In this document: piece after piece, positions 18,885-28,909 of the stretch
Numbering within the stretch: the stretch's first letter is position 1
Layout: each line of letters begins with the position of its first letter
Origin: Candidatus Eiseniibacteriota bacterium
Lineage (GTDB): Bacteria; Eisenbacteria; RBG-16-71-46; CAVPCR01; CBDCWB01
DNA: 64,000 bases
Assembly (NCBI GenBank): GCA_965223205.1
Contig: OZ244990.1
Coordinates: 898,724 to 962,723 of the forward strand
Direction: 5' to 3'
Translations under genes and position numbers: made by a program
The notes under the pieces: generated by a model
The model's database searches: none
Told to the model about the DNA's origin: nothing
What the model saw: the letters and a program-made list of their open reading frames with translations, nothing else

Positions 18885-21451
18885 ACTCACCTGACCAAGA
18901 GCGCCGCCGGCGGATCGAGGCAATCTTTCAGGAGCTACTAGACGCAGCGCCGGCCGAGAGGGACGCGCTGCTCCAATCTCGCTGCGGCGACGACGCCGCG
19001 CTCCGGCGCGAAGTGCAAACGCTGATCGGACACTACGAGTCGGTGCCTGAGACGATGGAAGCGGGCCTACCGCCGCGCCCCATTCGTGAAAAACTCGGTG
19101 GCTCGCCGGTCGGGCACGACCTGCCAGCGCCTCGTGCGGCCACGGATCCAGAGGATGTCGCCGGTCGGCGTGTTGGTCCCTATCAGCTTGAGCGCGAGAT
19201 TGGCCGCGGCGGCATGGGTAGAGTTTTTCTTGCCACGCGTGAAGATCTTCCCAAGCGGGTCGCGGTGAAGCTCGTTAGGGAGTCGTTCGCTTCTCCCGAG
19301 CGCACCCAGCGTTTCCTGTTCGAGCAGTGGGTGCTCGCCGGGCTCGAGCATCCAGCGATTGCCCAGCTCTACGACGCGGGCGTCGCCGACGATGGGACGC
19401 CGTACTTCGCGATGGAATACGTCGACGGCGAGGCGATCGGCACGTATTGCGACCACCATCGGTTGTCGGTTGACGCGCGACTTTCACTAATACTCGAGGT
19501 AGTGGACGCCGTGCGCTACTGCCATGCGCACCTGATCATTCACCGTGATATCAAACCCTCCAACATCGTGGTGACGGAGACTGGAGATCCGAAACTGCTC
19601 GATTTCGGGATCGCGAAGTTGCTGAAGGAGGATCTGGAATCTGAATTGACGCACTCCGGTTTGCTGGTGCTCTCGCCCGCCTATGCGGCACCGGAGCAGT
19701 TCGGTGCCGAACCGGCCACAACCGCCACTGACGTCTATCAGCTAGGGGCGGTCTTGTACGAGCTGCTTTCGGGAAAGACGCCGTTCGAAACCGAGGGCAA
19801 AAGCCTCGCCGAAGTCAGTCAGATTGTGCGGGACACAGAGCCGCCGCCGCCGTCGACGCGCGTGACCCCAGACGCTGCTGCAACACGGTCGACGACGACC
19901 GACAAGTTGCGGCGCAAGCTCCGGGGCGATCTCGATCACCTCGTTGCAAAGGCGTTGGAAAAGGAGCCCGGCCGCCGCTACGGGTCGGTCGCGGCACTTG
20001 CGTCGGACTTGCGGCGCTTTCTCGAAGACCAACCGCTCGAGGCGCGCGCGCCGACACCGATCGAGCGGGCAAGCAAGTTCGTGCTCAGACATAAGCTCGC
20101 TACCGGTATTGCTGCAGCGTTGCTCTTGTATGCGGCGACAGCCACTTACGGTGTCCTGCGTATCAGCGCTGAGCGGGACCGCGCCCAGCGTGAGGCGGCG
20201 ACGGCGACCCGCGTCTCCGATTTCATGGTCGGCGTTTTCGGAGCCGCCGATCCCCACGCGACATCCGCCGCAGATGCGACTGCTCTGCAACTGGTCGAGC
20301 GCGGCGTGACGCTCGCCAGGGAGGAACTCGCTGGCGAACCCGCTGTGTTGGCGGCGATGCAGGAGGCGCTTGGGCTCGTCTACTACTACCTCGGTCATGA
20401 TGACACCGCGGGCGAGCTGTTGCGCGAGTCGCTCGATACTCGATTGCGGTTGTTCGGCGACGACGCGGTCGAAGTGGCAAGTTCGAAGCTCATATTGGCC
20501 AAGGTCCTGTGGGCGACCGGAGACTTTGCAGGGGCCGACTCGTTGGTTCAGGAGTCCATCGAAGTCCAAAAGCGCGAGTACGGCGAGCGCAGCGAGGGCT
20601 ATTTGACGGGACTCAACGACCTGGCGACGATCAAACAGTCACAAGGGGACCTGGCTGGGGCGGAACAATTGCTCCAAGAGCTGATTCAACTCGAGCGCGA
20701 CGCGCACCCAGAGGGATACGCAGGGACGAGAGGATCGCTCAACAACCTGGCCAACATCTACTACGCCCAAGGTCGATTTGAAGAGGCGGAGTTGACCATG
20801 CGAGAGGCCCTCGAAAACGATCGGCAAGTGCTGGTGGAGCCGCATCCCAAAATCGCACTTCGTCTTAACAATCTTGCGGCAATGGCCAGGCGGGCCGGGC
20901 GTCACACAGAAGCGCTGGAGCTGGCGGAGCAGGCGCTCGCCGGTTGGGAGCAAGTCTACCCTGGACCACATCCAGACATCCCGTATGCGCTCACCAACAT
21001 CGGAAACGCCGCTCTTGCTCTGGGTGACACGGCACATGCCGACTCGGCTCATCATGCGGCGCTGGCCATGCGCATGGAGTTGTTCGACGAGAACCACGCC
21101 GGCTTGGTCGCCGGCCACCAAGCTTACGCGGAACATCTGCTGCGAAGTGGAAGGCGTGGCGAGGCTCAACCGCACATCGAGCGCTGGCGTGACCTTGCGG
21201 CGAGGATATACGGAGAGGAGCACTCCCTTTTCGGGGAAGCGCTTTGGGCGTTGGGACTGGCACACGAGGCGCTGGGAGAGCTGGATGCAGCGGAAGCTGC
21301 GTTGCGCCGCGGCTTGGCGATCCTGAGCGCTGCGCTGGACGAGGACCACCCCGAGGTTGAGGAGAGGCAGACTCACTTCGTGGAGTTTCTTGGCCGCCAG
21401 GGCGCGCCGGCCGATGCGAAGGGGATGGAGCCCGCGGCATCATCTCGGTGA
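18881..21451 (+). CDS. Ser/Thr protein kinase with a C-terminal TPR-repeat domain
   Basis: The conserved N-terminal box of sigma-linked kinases is present (RRRIEAIFQELLDAAPAERDALL...ALRREVQTLIGHYE). Kinase motifs GRGGMGRVFLA, HRDIKPSNIVV and DFGIAK follow, then a TM segment and TPR-like repeats. Confidence 0.85.
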   Translation: MNSPDQERRRRIEAIFQELLDAAPAERDALLQSRCGDDAALRREVQTLIGHYESVPETMEAGLPPRPIREKLGGSPVGHDLPAPRAATDPEDVAGRRVGPYQLEREIGRGGMGRVFLATREDLPKRVAVKLVRESFASPERTQRFLFEQWVLAGLEHPAIAQLYDAGVADDGTPYFAMEYVDGEAIGTYCDHHRLSVDARLSLILEVVDAVRYCHAHLIIHRDIKPSNIVVTETGDPKLLDFGIAKLLKEDLESELTHSGLLVLSPAYAAPEQFGAEPATTATDVYQLGAVLYELLSGKTPFETEGKSLAEVSQIVRDTEPPPPSTRVTPDAAATRSTTTDKLRRKLRGDLDHLVAKALEKEPGRRYGSVAALASDLRRFLEDQPLEARAPTPIERASKFVLRHKLATGIAAALLLYAATATYGVLRISAERDRAQREAATATRVSDFMVGVFGAADPHATSAADATALQLVERGVTLAREELAGEPAVLAAMQEALGLVYYYLGHDDTAGELLRESLDTRLRLFGDDAVEVASSKLILAKVLWATGDFAGADSLVQESIEVQKREYGERSEGYLTGLNDLATIKQSQGDLAGAEQLLQELIQLERDAHPEGYAGTRGSLNNLANIYYAQGRFEEAELTMREALENDRQVLVEPHPKIALRLNNLAAMARRAGRHTEALELAEQALAGWEQVYPGPHPDIPYALTNIGNAALALGDTAHADSAHHAALAMRMELFDENHAGLVAGHQAYAEHLLRSGRRGEAQPHIERWRDLAARIYGEEHSLFGEALWALGLAHEALGELDAAEAALRRGLAILSAALDEDHPEVEERQTHFVEFLGRQGAPADAKGMEPAASSR

Positions 21452-21479
21452 TGCTGTGCCGCGGACTCCGGTGCCGGCG

Positions 21480-24400
21480 CTATCGGAGGAGCAAGATCCG
21501 ACGCGTGACAGATCGGCCTGCGCCCTCGAGAGTTGCGAAGTAGACGCCGGCAGCGACCCGCGTCCCCGCTTCATTGCGACCCGCCCACTGCACGACGTGA
21601 CGCCCCGCAGCATGGCGTCCTTTGGCAAGCACCGCGACCTGCCGCCCGGCGACGTCGTAGATCGCAAGCTTGATGTTGCTCGCGTCGGGTAACGCGAACG
21701 CTAGCTGCGTAACGGCGCGGAACGGATTGGGCGTTGCGGGTGCCAGCGCGAGTGTAACGCTCGGCGCCGGTGCTGCGCCGACGGCGACCTGCCCATCGCC
21801 CGTCCGAAGATCCATCTCCGTTGCACCGTTCCCTTGCGGTGAGAGCCAAGGCGAGTGCGGAAACAGCGGCGAGTCGGAGACGATCCGGAGCCGCCAGCGG
21901 TAGGGCGTGTCGGGCACCAGGCCGGACACGAGTTGGTCGAGGGTCGCGCCGTCCAGTCCGCTGTTGACATCGGGACCCAAAAGCAGACCGGTGCCGTCGA
22001 AGGGGACCTCCGCAGGTTTGACCTCGACTTCGAGGTGAACGTCGCTGCGCCCCGCGGCAGATCGCCCCAGCGCCTTCAAACGGAACGAAGTCTCGGAGTC
22101 GGACCGACCGAGGAGCGCGATCGGGGCCGAGTCGTCACTCCGCCGCTGTTGTGGCACGCGTTGCACGCCACCGTTGGCGCCGTAGAAGAGGAAGACTCCA
22201 CCTCCTCCGGCGCCAGGTGCACCGGCGATGAGATCGGAGAAACCGTCGCCGTTGACGTCACCGGCAGAAGCAACCGATTCGCCAAAGGTGCCCGGGCCCA
22301 ACGTACCCCGTACAGGAAACATGTCCAAGCCTGAATCTGAGCCCTGGTAGAGATAGACCACAAAGGCGCCAGGCGCGCCAATAATGGCGTCGGAAAACCC
22401 GTCGCCGTTGAAGTCGCCGGCGAAGGCCACGGATTCGCTGAACCTGGCGTCTTCCTGGTTGATTTCCGCGGTCCACGCCGCCACAGATTCCAATCCGGAT
22501 TCATTGCCGTGGTAGACGAACGCGCGGCCCTCGTTCACTTCTCCGTTTTCGAACGTGGGTGATCCGATGATGACATCGGAGAAGCCGTCGCCGTTGACGT
22601 CGCCCGCCGTGTCGACTGCCCATCCGAACAGAGCGTCAACTTGGTTGGCGTCTTCGGTCCAGGCAGCCGTGTCGTCAAGTCCCGCGGCTGAGCCGAGATA
22701 AAGGAATGCCCGGCCCTCTGGCGGATTGCCGAACCAGGGCGCACCGACAAGCACATCCGAGAATCCATCCGCGTTGACGTCCCCCGCGCCCGATGTCGCG
22801 ACTCCGAATCCCGCATACTGTTGGGTCCCTTCGACGGTCCACGCAGCCGCCGTGGCAAGGCCCGCCGCTGACCCAAGGTAAACGTACGCCCGTCCTTCGA
22901 AATCGTCGCCGGACTCGGGCGCGCCGACGATCACGTCGGCAAAGCCGTCGCCGTTGACGTCGCCCGCCGCATCAACCGCCCACCCGAAGGAGGCACTCGG
23001 CTGGCCGCCTTCCTTGATCCACGCTGCCGAGCTGGCGAGGCCCTCGGCAGATCCGAGATAAACATAGGCTCGGCCGCCGTTTTCGCCGGAGTCGTCGTAC
23101 CCCGGTGCGCCGACGATCACATCGGCGAAGCCGTCGCCGTTCACGTCACCTGCTCCTGCCACGACGCTTCCGAAGACAGCATGCGGTTGGTTGCCTTCAG
23201 CGATCCAGGCGGCCGAGTTGGTACCGGGGCCGGTCGGCGACCCGTGGTAGACGTAGGCAATGCCTTCATTCTCCTCACCGTTGTCGTACACGGGGGCGCC
23301 GATGATGACGTCCGAGAATCCATCCCCGTTGACATCGCCGGCGCTAGCCACTGAGAAGCCGAGCTGCGCTTCAGGTTGACCTCCCTCAAGACTCCAGGCA
23401 ACCGATGTTGGAACGTCGCTACCTCCCAGAAACAAGAATGCCTTCCCCTCGTCGGTGGAAGGGGCGTCCAGGTAGGGCGCGCCGGCGATCAAGTCGGAAA
23501 AGCCGTCGCCGTTGACGTCGCCCGCGGTTGCCAGCGAGAAGCCGAATTGGGCGCCGTCCTGTCCCAGACCGTAGGACCAGTGGGAAGAGGAGCGGACTCC
23601 AGTTGCGGATCCGGTATAAACGAATGCGTCGCCGCCGCCCGGGTTTGAGAAACCTGGAGCGCCGATCACGACATCGGCGTAACCGTCGCCGTTGACGTCG
23701 CCGGCGGTGGCCACGGCGGTGCCGAACTCGGCTCCGTCGTCAAACAGCGGGGACGCCGTCCACCAAGGCGCGGCTCCGAGACCACTCGCCGAGCCGTGGT
23801 AAACATAACCGGCTCCCTGGTTGGTGTTGAGATCGTCGTAGCCGGGCGCGCCGACGATGACGTCGGCGTAGCCGTCGCCGTTGACATCTCCGGCGGTGCT
23901 CGCCGCGCGACCGAAGTAGTCCTGGGTGAAGCCACCGGTGGCCATCCAGGCATGGGTCGACTCGAGCCCCGAGGGCGATCCGTGATACACCCAGGCGGCG
24001 CCGTTGTCGGTCCAGCCGGCGTTGAAGAGGTAGGCGCCCACAACGACGTCGTCGTAGCCGTCACCGTTGACGTCACCGGCGGTCGACAAAGCAGTACCAA
24101 AGCGCGCGAAGCCTTGGTTCCCCTCGGCCGTCCACGCCGGGCTGGAAGCGAGACCGCCCGGCGATCCGAGGTAGAGGTAGGCGCGGCCTTCCCGGTCCTG
24201 GTCGCCCGTGAAGTCGATGGCTGCCACTAAAGCGTCGTCGAAACCGTCACCGTTGACGTCGCCGGCGGTACCGACGGTGAACCCAAACCTGTCGTCGGTG
24301 CCCTCACCGTCGGCAATCCATGCGGGTGTCTCCGAGAGCCCGGATGCGGATCCCAGGTAGAGATAAGCGCGACCCTGTTGGGAGAATGCTTCGTCGTGAA

Positions 24401-25484
24401 ACTCTGCACCGATGATGACGTCGTCGAAACCATCGCCGTTGACGTCGCCGGCTGTAGCGACCGACACACCAAAGTAGGCGCCGTTCTGTTCTCCGAAGCC
24501 AACCCATGCGGCGTTGGATGAGAGCCCGGCGGCGCTCCCCAGGTAGAGGTAGGCGCGCCCACAGTCTGAGAAGGGGCCGTTGTAACCGGGCGCACCGACG
24601 ATGACGTCTGAGAAGCCGTCGCCGTTGACGTCGCCAGCGGTGGCGACCGACAAGCCGAAGTAGGCCCAGCCTTGATCGACCTCGGCGGTCCAGGATGGGG
24701 TCGTGAGCAGTGGGTCGACGGTGATGGGGTAGTGCGCTCGAGCGTCGTCCACGACAAGTGCGACGGTGTTGCCGCCAACCTCGAGGTGTGCGGGCAATGC
24801 GGTGCCGGCAGTGTCCCAGACTTTGAGTCCGGCGTAGCGGAGGAGGTGGACGTCGTTGTCGTCGAAAAAGTCGATGGCATCGCCAGCCGCGTTGCACACT
24901 GCGCGGAGGCCGCCGGCGAGCGCACCTTCGATGCGCAGGGGACCGTCGCCGGCCGGACGCTCACGGACGGTCCATCCCTGCTCGAGACCATCGGCGCGGT
25001 TGATATACCACTCGGTGAGGCCGGCACTCTCGTAGGAAACGCGGGCGCCCGCGGCAGCGGGCTCGCCGCTTTCGACGGTGCGCCAGTTGCCGTCGCGCCC
25101 GAAGCGCTGTGTCTGCCACGCCCACTGCCAGCGCGGTCCTTCGTCCCGGCGCGGGGTGACGCAGATTCCGTCGCCGGCGAACTGGGTGCGAATGTCTTGG
25201 GCGCGGTTGGGCGCTTGCAGTCCGTAATCGGCGCTGGTCACTTCGTACTCGGCCTCGGCGATCTGTTGCTTGACCGCGGCCCACCAGTTCTCGTCTGCAT
25301 TGAGGACCTCTGCCTTGGGCGAGAAGGCGGCGAGGGTGGTGGTGATGGGCGTGCCTGCGACGCCGGCGGCGGAGGACGTGCTGGCGGCGCCTGCGTGGAA
25401 AGGGATGGTGACCAGGCTGGTAGCGAGTAACGCCACCAGCCCCGTGCTGGCGATGATCAATATGTAGCGAACGGAGTTGAACAT
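21480..25484 (-). CDS. Giant secreted FG-GAP / integrin-alpha-like repeat protein with a C-terminal sorting domain (1334 aa)
   Basis: GGAGG Shine-Dalgarno. Signal peptide MFNSVRYILIIASTGLVALLA. About 20 tandem repeats of the FG-GAP type (FGxSVATAGDVNGDGFxDVIVGAP). C-terminal ...IKLAIYDVAGRQVAVL...VAAGVYFATLEGAGRSVTRRILLLR. Confidence 0.85.
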   Translation of the reverse strand: MFNSVRYILIIASTGLVALLATSLVTIPFHAGAASTSSAAGVAGTPITTTLAAFSPKAEVLNADENWWAAVKQQIAEAEYEVTSADYGLQAPNRAQDIRTQFAGDGICVTPRRDEGPRWQWAWQTQRFGRDGNWRTVESGEPAAAGARVSYESAGLTEWYINRADGLEQGWTVRERPAGDGPLRIEGALAGGLRAVCNAAGDAIDFFDDNDVHLLRYAGLKVWDTAGTALPAHLEVGGNTVALVVDDARAHYPITVDPLLTTPSWTAEVDQGWAYFGLSVATAGDVNGDGFSDVIVGAPGYNGPFSDCGRAYLYLGSAAGLSSNAAWVGFGEQNGAYFGVSVATAGDVNGDGFDDVIIGAEFHDEAFSQQGRAYLYLGSASGLSETPAWIADGEGTDDRFGFTVGTAGDVNGDGFDDALVAAIDFTGDQDREGRAYLYLGSPGGLASSPAWTAEGNQGFARFGTALSTAGDVNGDGYDDVVVGAYLFNAGWTDNGAAWVYHGSPSGLESTHAWMATGGFTQDYFGRAASTAGDVNGDGYADVIVGAPGYDDLNTNQGAGYVYHGSASGLGAAPWWTASPLFDDGAEFGTAVATAGDVNGDGYADVVIGAPGFSNPGGGDAFVYTGSATGVRSSSHWSYGLGQDGAQFGFSLATAGDVNGDGFSDLIAGAPYLDAPSTDEGKAFLFLGGSDVPTSVAWSLEGGQPEAQLGFSVASAGDVNGDGFSDVIIGAPVYDNGEENEGIAYVYHGSPTGPGTNSAAWIAEGNQPHAVFGSVVAGAGDVNGDGFADVIVGAPGYDDSGENGGRAYVYLGSAEGLASSAAWIKEGGQPSASFGWAVDAAGDVNGDGFADVIVGAPESGDDFEGRAYVYLGSAAGLATAAAWTVEGTQQYAGFGVATSGAGDVNADGFSDVLVGAPWFGNPPEGRAFLYLGSAAGLDDTAAWTEDANQVDALFGWAVDTAGDVNGDGFSDVIIGSPTFENGEVNEGRAFVYHGNESGLESVAAWTAEINQEDARFSESVAFAGDFNGDGFSDAIIGAPGAFVVYLYQGSDSGLDMFPVRGTLGPGTFGESVASAGDVNGDGFSDLIAGAPGAGGGGVFLFYGANGGVQRVPQQRRSDDSAPIALLGRSDSETSFRLKALGRSAAGRSDVHLEVEVKPAEVPFDGTGLLLGPDVNSGLDGATLDQLVSGLVPDTPYRWRLRIVSDSPLFPHSPWLSPQGNGATEMDLRTGDGQVAVGAAPAPSVTLALAPATPNPFRAVTQLAFALPDASNIKLAIYDVAGRQVAVLAKGRHAAGRHVVQWAGRNEAGTRVAAGVYFATLEGAGRSVTRRILLLR

Positions 25485-25884
25485 GAAAGCCTCCGAAGAA
25501 CAGGGGACGAAAGTTCGAAGCGACCTCTCTGCATGTTCAATTCGAAAAACGTGGCCCCAAGCCGCCACACCGCTGACCCGAATCAGCACGGCGCCGCGGT
25601 TGGTCACGCGGCCCGGCTCTGGCCACCGCCTACTACCCGGCAGCTTTGGCGGGGAGGGTGACCTGCGCTAACCGTCGCGTTCTTGGAGCACGCGGCGCAG
25701 GGTGGGTAGCCATGCGCGGTTCCGTTCGCGGTTCAACCCTGAGCACGCCGAACACATAGTCCGGCCGATCCTCGAACAGCTGCACCTCGAGCTCTCTGCA
25801 CAGGATCGCAGGCGCATGCCGGCTGGGACATCGCAGGCACTCGGTGCGCACGTCGCCACCAGTCTCGTCCACGTTGTTGTCGGT

Positions 25885-27900
25885 CGCGGCCGTGCCGTTC
25901 GTTGATCCCCTGCAGTCGTCTCGCATTCCGGTGGCACTAAACATGATCCTGTCTCCGGGGCATGGCCGACTTGGCGCATCGAGCGGCGCCCGCCCTGGGG
26001 CTGCCGGCGCTCTCCTACGAGCGCGTTCCCGGTGCGGCCACCGCTGCGCTCCCCGAGCGCTACCGTCGCCGTCAGCCCGAGACGACCGCGCTCTACCGGG
26101 CGGTGCGCGAGCACCTCGATCGGTTTCTCGACGAGGCGCGGGAGCGCGCCGGCGAGGGCTATCCCCAGTTCATCGAGCGCGAGTTCCGCCGCTACCTCGA
26201 CTGCGGTCAGCTGGAGCGAGGGTTCGCGCGCCTGCGTTGCTCGGAGTGTGGCTTCGAGCGGCTGGTCGCCTTCTCGTGCAAGGGCAGGCTGTGCGCGAGC
26301 TGCGTCGACCGGCGCATGGCGGAGACCGCCGCGTACCTGGTCGATACGCTGTTGCCCGAGGCTCCCTACCGTCAGTGGGTGCTGAGCTTCCCCTGGCCGC
26401 TGCGCTTCCGGTTGGCGGTCGACCGGCGCCTGTTTGGCGCGCTGATCGGAACGTTCCTGCGTACGGTGTTCGCCTGGCATCGGCGGCGCGGTCGCGCCCT
26501 GGGAATCGCCGGTGGCGAGAGCGGCGCGGTGACCTTCGTGCAGCGCTTCGGCGGTGCATTAAATCTCAATCCCCACCTACATAGCCTGATCCCCGACGGC
26601 TTGTTCGTGCCTGGCGAGAGCGAGGGCGAGCCGCTGGGCTTCGTGCCGCTACCTACACCGACGCACGAGGAGATCGAGGCGCTGACCTGGCGCATCGCGC
26701 GGCGGCTGACGCGGGTGATCGAGCGACTGTGCGCCGATGCGTTCGCGACCGAGGAGCTCTTCGAGCGCACGGTGGCGTCATTGCGCCAGGCGTTGGCGCG
26801 CTCGGTGGAGGCGCCGCTACCGCGGGCGGGCCTGGGGCTCGAGGACGCTCGTCCCGAACCGCCTCAGACGCCCTTGTGCGCGAAGGTGGCGGGGTTCTCC
26901 TTGCACGCGGCGCGGCTGGTAGCGGCAGATGACCGCGTGGCGCTCGAGCGGTTGTGTCGCTACGGACTGCGCGCGCCGTTCGCTGTGTCGCGCTTCAGCC
27001 TGGCAGCCGATGGGCGCATTGTCTACCGCTTGCGCAAGCCGTGGCCGAAGCCCGGTGGAGCGAGGTGTCTGGTGCTCGAGCCCGGTGAGCTGCTCAAGCG
27101 GCTGGCGTCGCTGGTGCCGGCACCCTACAGCCACATGGTCCGTTATCACGGCGTGTTCGCCAACCGTTCGCGCTGGCGCCCCCTGTTGCCCTCCCCGCCG
27201 GCGGTGGTGGATCGGGAGGATGAGCCGGAAAAGGGGACGCTGCCGCTCGTGTCAGGGTCAGCTGAGGAGAAAGCCGACGTGGCCGGCGACGCCGTTGCCC
27301 CCCACCGCCGCCGGCCGCTGCGTTGGGCGCAGCTCCTCTTGCGGGTGTTCTTCGTCGACGCGCTGAGCTGCCCGCGCTGTACACCCGCGCGAGGGCGTCG
27401 GGTGCCGATGGTGGTGCTGGCGTTGATCACCGATCCGCAGGTGCTGCGGCGGATCCTCTCGCACCTCGAGCTGCCCGCCGATGGGCCGCCGCTGGCTCCG
27501 CGCTCGCCCGGGGGTGATCTGGGGCCGCTGTTCGAGCGCGGCGACTCTGGGGCGAGGTGGCCGGCTCGTCCTCCCCCCTGACCGAGGCGATCAGGGAGAG
27601 CGGGCGCGCGGTGCCGACAAACAGCGTTTGGATACGCCGCACGCTGCTCCCCTCGCTCCCTCATCTCGAGATCTCAAGTCAAACGATGGAAACGTCTCCG
27701 GCCCGTGAGGGCACTGAGCGCCGGTCACCGCATGCTCGCATGAGCCACTCCGCATCGTTTCGGCGGTGTCCGAATTCACTTCCCCGCCGCACGAGCGAGT
27801 CCTGGAGCCGCTCGACGCCGACAACGACCACTGTCGCCGACGATACGGTGGGCTGATACAATGGTGATCGGCCAAAACGCGGTTCGATTTTCCTATGCGC
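25885..27900 (+). mobile_element. IS91-family (rolling-circle, HUH/Y2) insertion sequence, apparently the full-length copy (~2.0 kb)
   Basis: The 5' boundary was inferred from the shared start with the 35,975 copy (CGGCCGTGCCGTTCGTTGATCCCCTGCAG...). The 3' terminus ...GATACAATGGTGATCGGCCAAAACGCGGTTCGATTTTCCTATGCGC is shared by all copies. Confidence 0.75.
25962..27581 (+). CDS. tnpA: IS91-family transposase (HUH endonuclease, Y2 type), 539 aa
   Basis: N-terminal Zn-finger CSECGF...CKGRLCASC. HUH motif NPHLHSLIPDG. Conserved PYSHMVRYHGVFANRSRWR. C-terminal WAQLLLRVFFVDALSCPRC...VVLALITDPQVLRRILSHLEL box. Confidence 0.85.
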   Translation: MADLAHRAAPALGLPALSYERVPGAATAALPERYRRRQPETTALYRAVREHLDRFLDEARERAGEGYPQFIEREFRRYLDCGQLERGFARLRCSECGFERLVAFSCKGRLCASCVDRRMAETAAYLVDTLLPEAPYRQWVLSFPWPLRFRLAVDRRLFGALIGTFLRTVFAWHRRRGRALGIAGGESGAVTFVQRFGGALNLNPHLHSLIPDGLFVPGESEGEPLGFVPLPTPTHEEIEALTWRIARRLTRVIERLCADAFATEELFERTVASLRQALARSVEAPLPRAGLGLEDARPEPPQTPLCAKVAGFSLHAARLVAADDRVALERLCRYGLRAPFAVSRFSLAADGRIVYRLRKPWPKPGGARCLVLEPGELLKRLASLVPAPYSHMVRYHGVFANRSRWRPLLPSPPAVVDREDEPEKGTLPLVSGSAEEKADVAGDAVAPHRRRPLRWAQLLLRVFFVDALSCPRCTPARGRRVPMVVLALITDPQVLRRILSHLELPADGPPLAPRSPGGDLGPLFERGDSGARWPARPPP

Positions 27901-28165
27901 CCCGGTCAAAACATTATTTCGCCAAGCTACTCAGCGCTGAGAACTGCTGATTGGAAGCGAGCGTCACGCGGAGAAACTTCGGTTGGCGGCCGTGGAATAC
28001 CGGGAGCAGTTGAAGAGGGACCTCTACGTCTATCTGGGGCTGGCGACATTCGTGAGCCGGAAAGGTGTGAGCATGCTGCAACAGTTCGCAGCGTAGTGAG
28101 GGCCGCCTCGCCTCACACCAGGTAATCCCGCCCTGGACTGTCGGTCAAGAACCGGTGCGTCACAG

Positions 28166-28909
28166 CTAGAGCCACTCAGCCGAAAGTGCTCGAGTTTTGA
28201 AAAGCGTGTAATCAAACGGGTCATCGCCAAGTTCCGGGTCAGACCAGTCGTAACGCACCCACTCCCCAGTAGGCTGTTCCCATTGGCCTCGGCGGTTCTT
28301 CCGATACACGCTTGAGAGCTGCGGTTGGGCAATCCGGTCATCCAAACGCTTGACGTAGACAATGCCGTCTTCGCTTCCACCAAAACTCACGAGTTTCGTT
28401 GTGTCAGGGCGCGCCACGGCGCTCCAGGTCGATTCGAGGACCTGGACTTTTTCCGAGACCACAACTCGGCCGGCGTCGATCCTCCGCTCCCGCAAACGCC
28501 GGAGAATCACATTGGGGCTCGCCGGGCGGTGCAACCGGTTCACCTTGATGCTCAGCTCCGCGTAGACAAGCTGCCGAGGCTCTTCGCGAACCGGAAGCAA
28601 CTCCAAGCGTGGTTGCTCTTGCGTCTCCTCGTTCACGCGCCCACTTATTATGTAAAGACGGCCGCGGCTTGATTCCGCGTCGCTAGACTCGACTCCATCA
28701 GTAGGAGCAGCGAAAACCTCCGCGTAGGCCGGAGCACCAGGCTCGACCCCGTCGAACCAGTATCCGTTTTTGCAATCAGCACCGATTGAGCGCTCAAAGA
28801 ATTCGGTCCAAAGCATCGATGCTGGAAACACAGAGGAGTTCTTCGAGCACGCGCTGACAGCCAAAGCCAGAAACACCACCATATGCGCAAGCAACACAAC
28901 GTTTCGCAT
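28166..28909 (-). CDS. Hypothetical lipoprotein
   Basis: MRNVVLLAHMVVFLALAVSAC lipobox. AGGGGG Shine-Dalgarno. Confidence 0.55.
   Translation of the reverse strand: MRNVVLLAHMVVFLALAVSACSKNSSVFPASMLWTEFFERSIGADCKNGYWFDGVEPGAPAYAEVFAAPTDGVESSDAESSRGRLYIISGRVNEETQEQPRLELLPVREEPRQLVYAELSIKVNRLHRPASPNVILRRLRERRIDAGRVVVSEKVQVLESTWSAVARPDTTKLVSFGGSEDGIVYVKRLDDRIAQPQLSSVYRKNRRGQWEQPTGEWVRYDWSDPELGDDPFDYTLFKTRALSAEWL

Noticed and set aside
19742-20569. Long antisense or overlapping ORFs inside the kinase, FG-GAP, Mfd, SurA, ATPase and IS91 genes (for example 19,742-20,569, 24,304-24,897, 51,595-52,677, 55,511-56,593, 15,490-16,353, 7397-8167, 25,668-26,480)
   Set aside because: They are Arg/Pro/Gly-rich, have no start context, and lie opposite well-supported genes. 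These are typical high-GC stop-codon-depleted artefacts.
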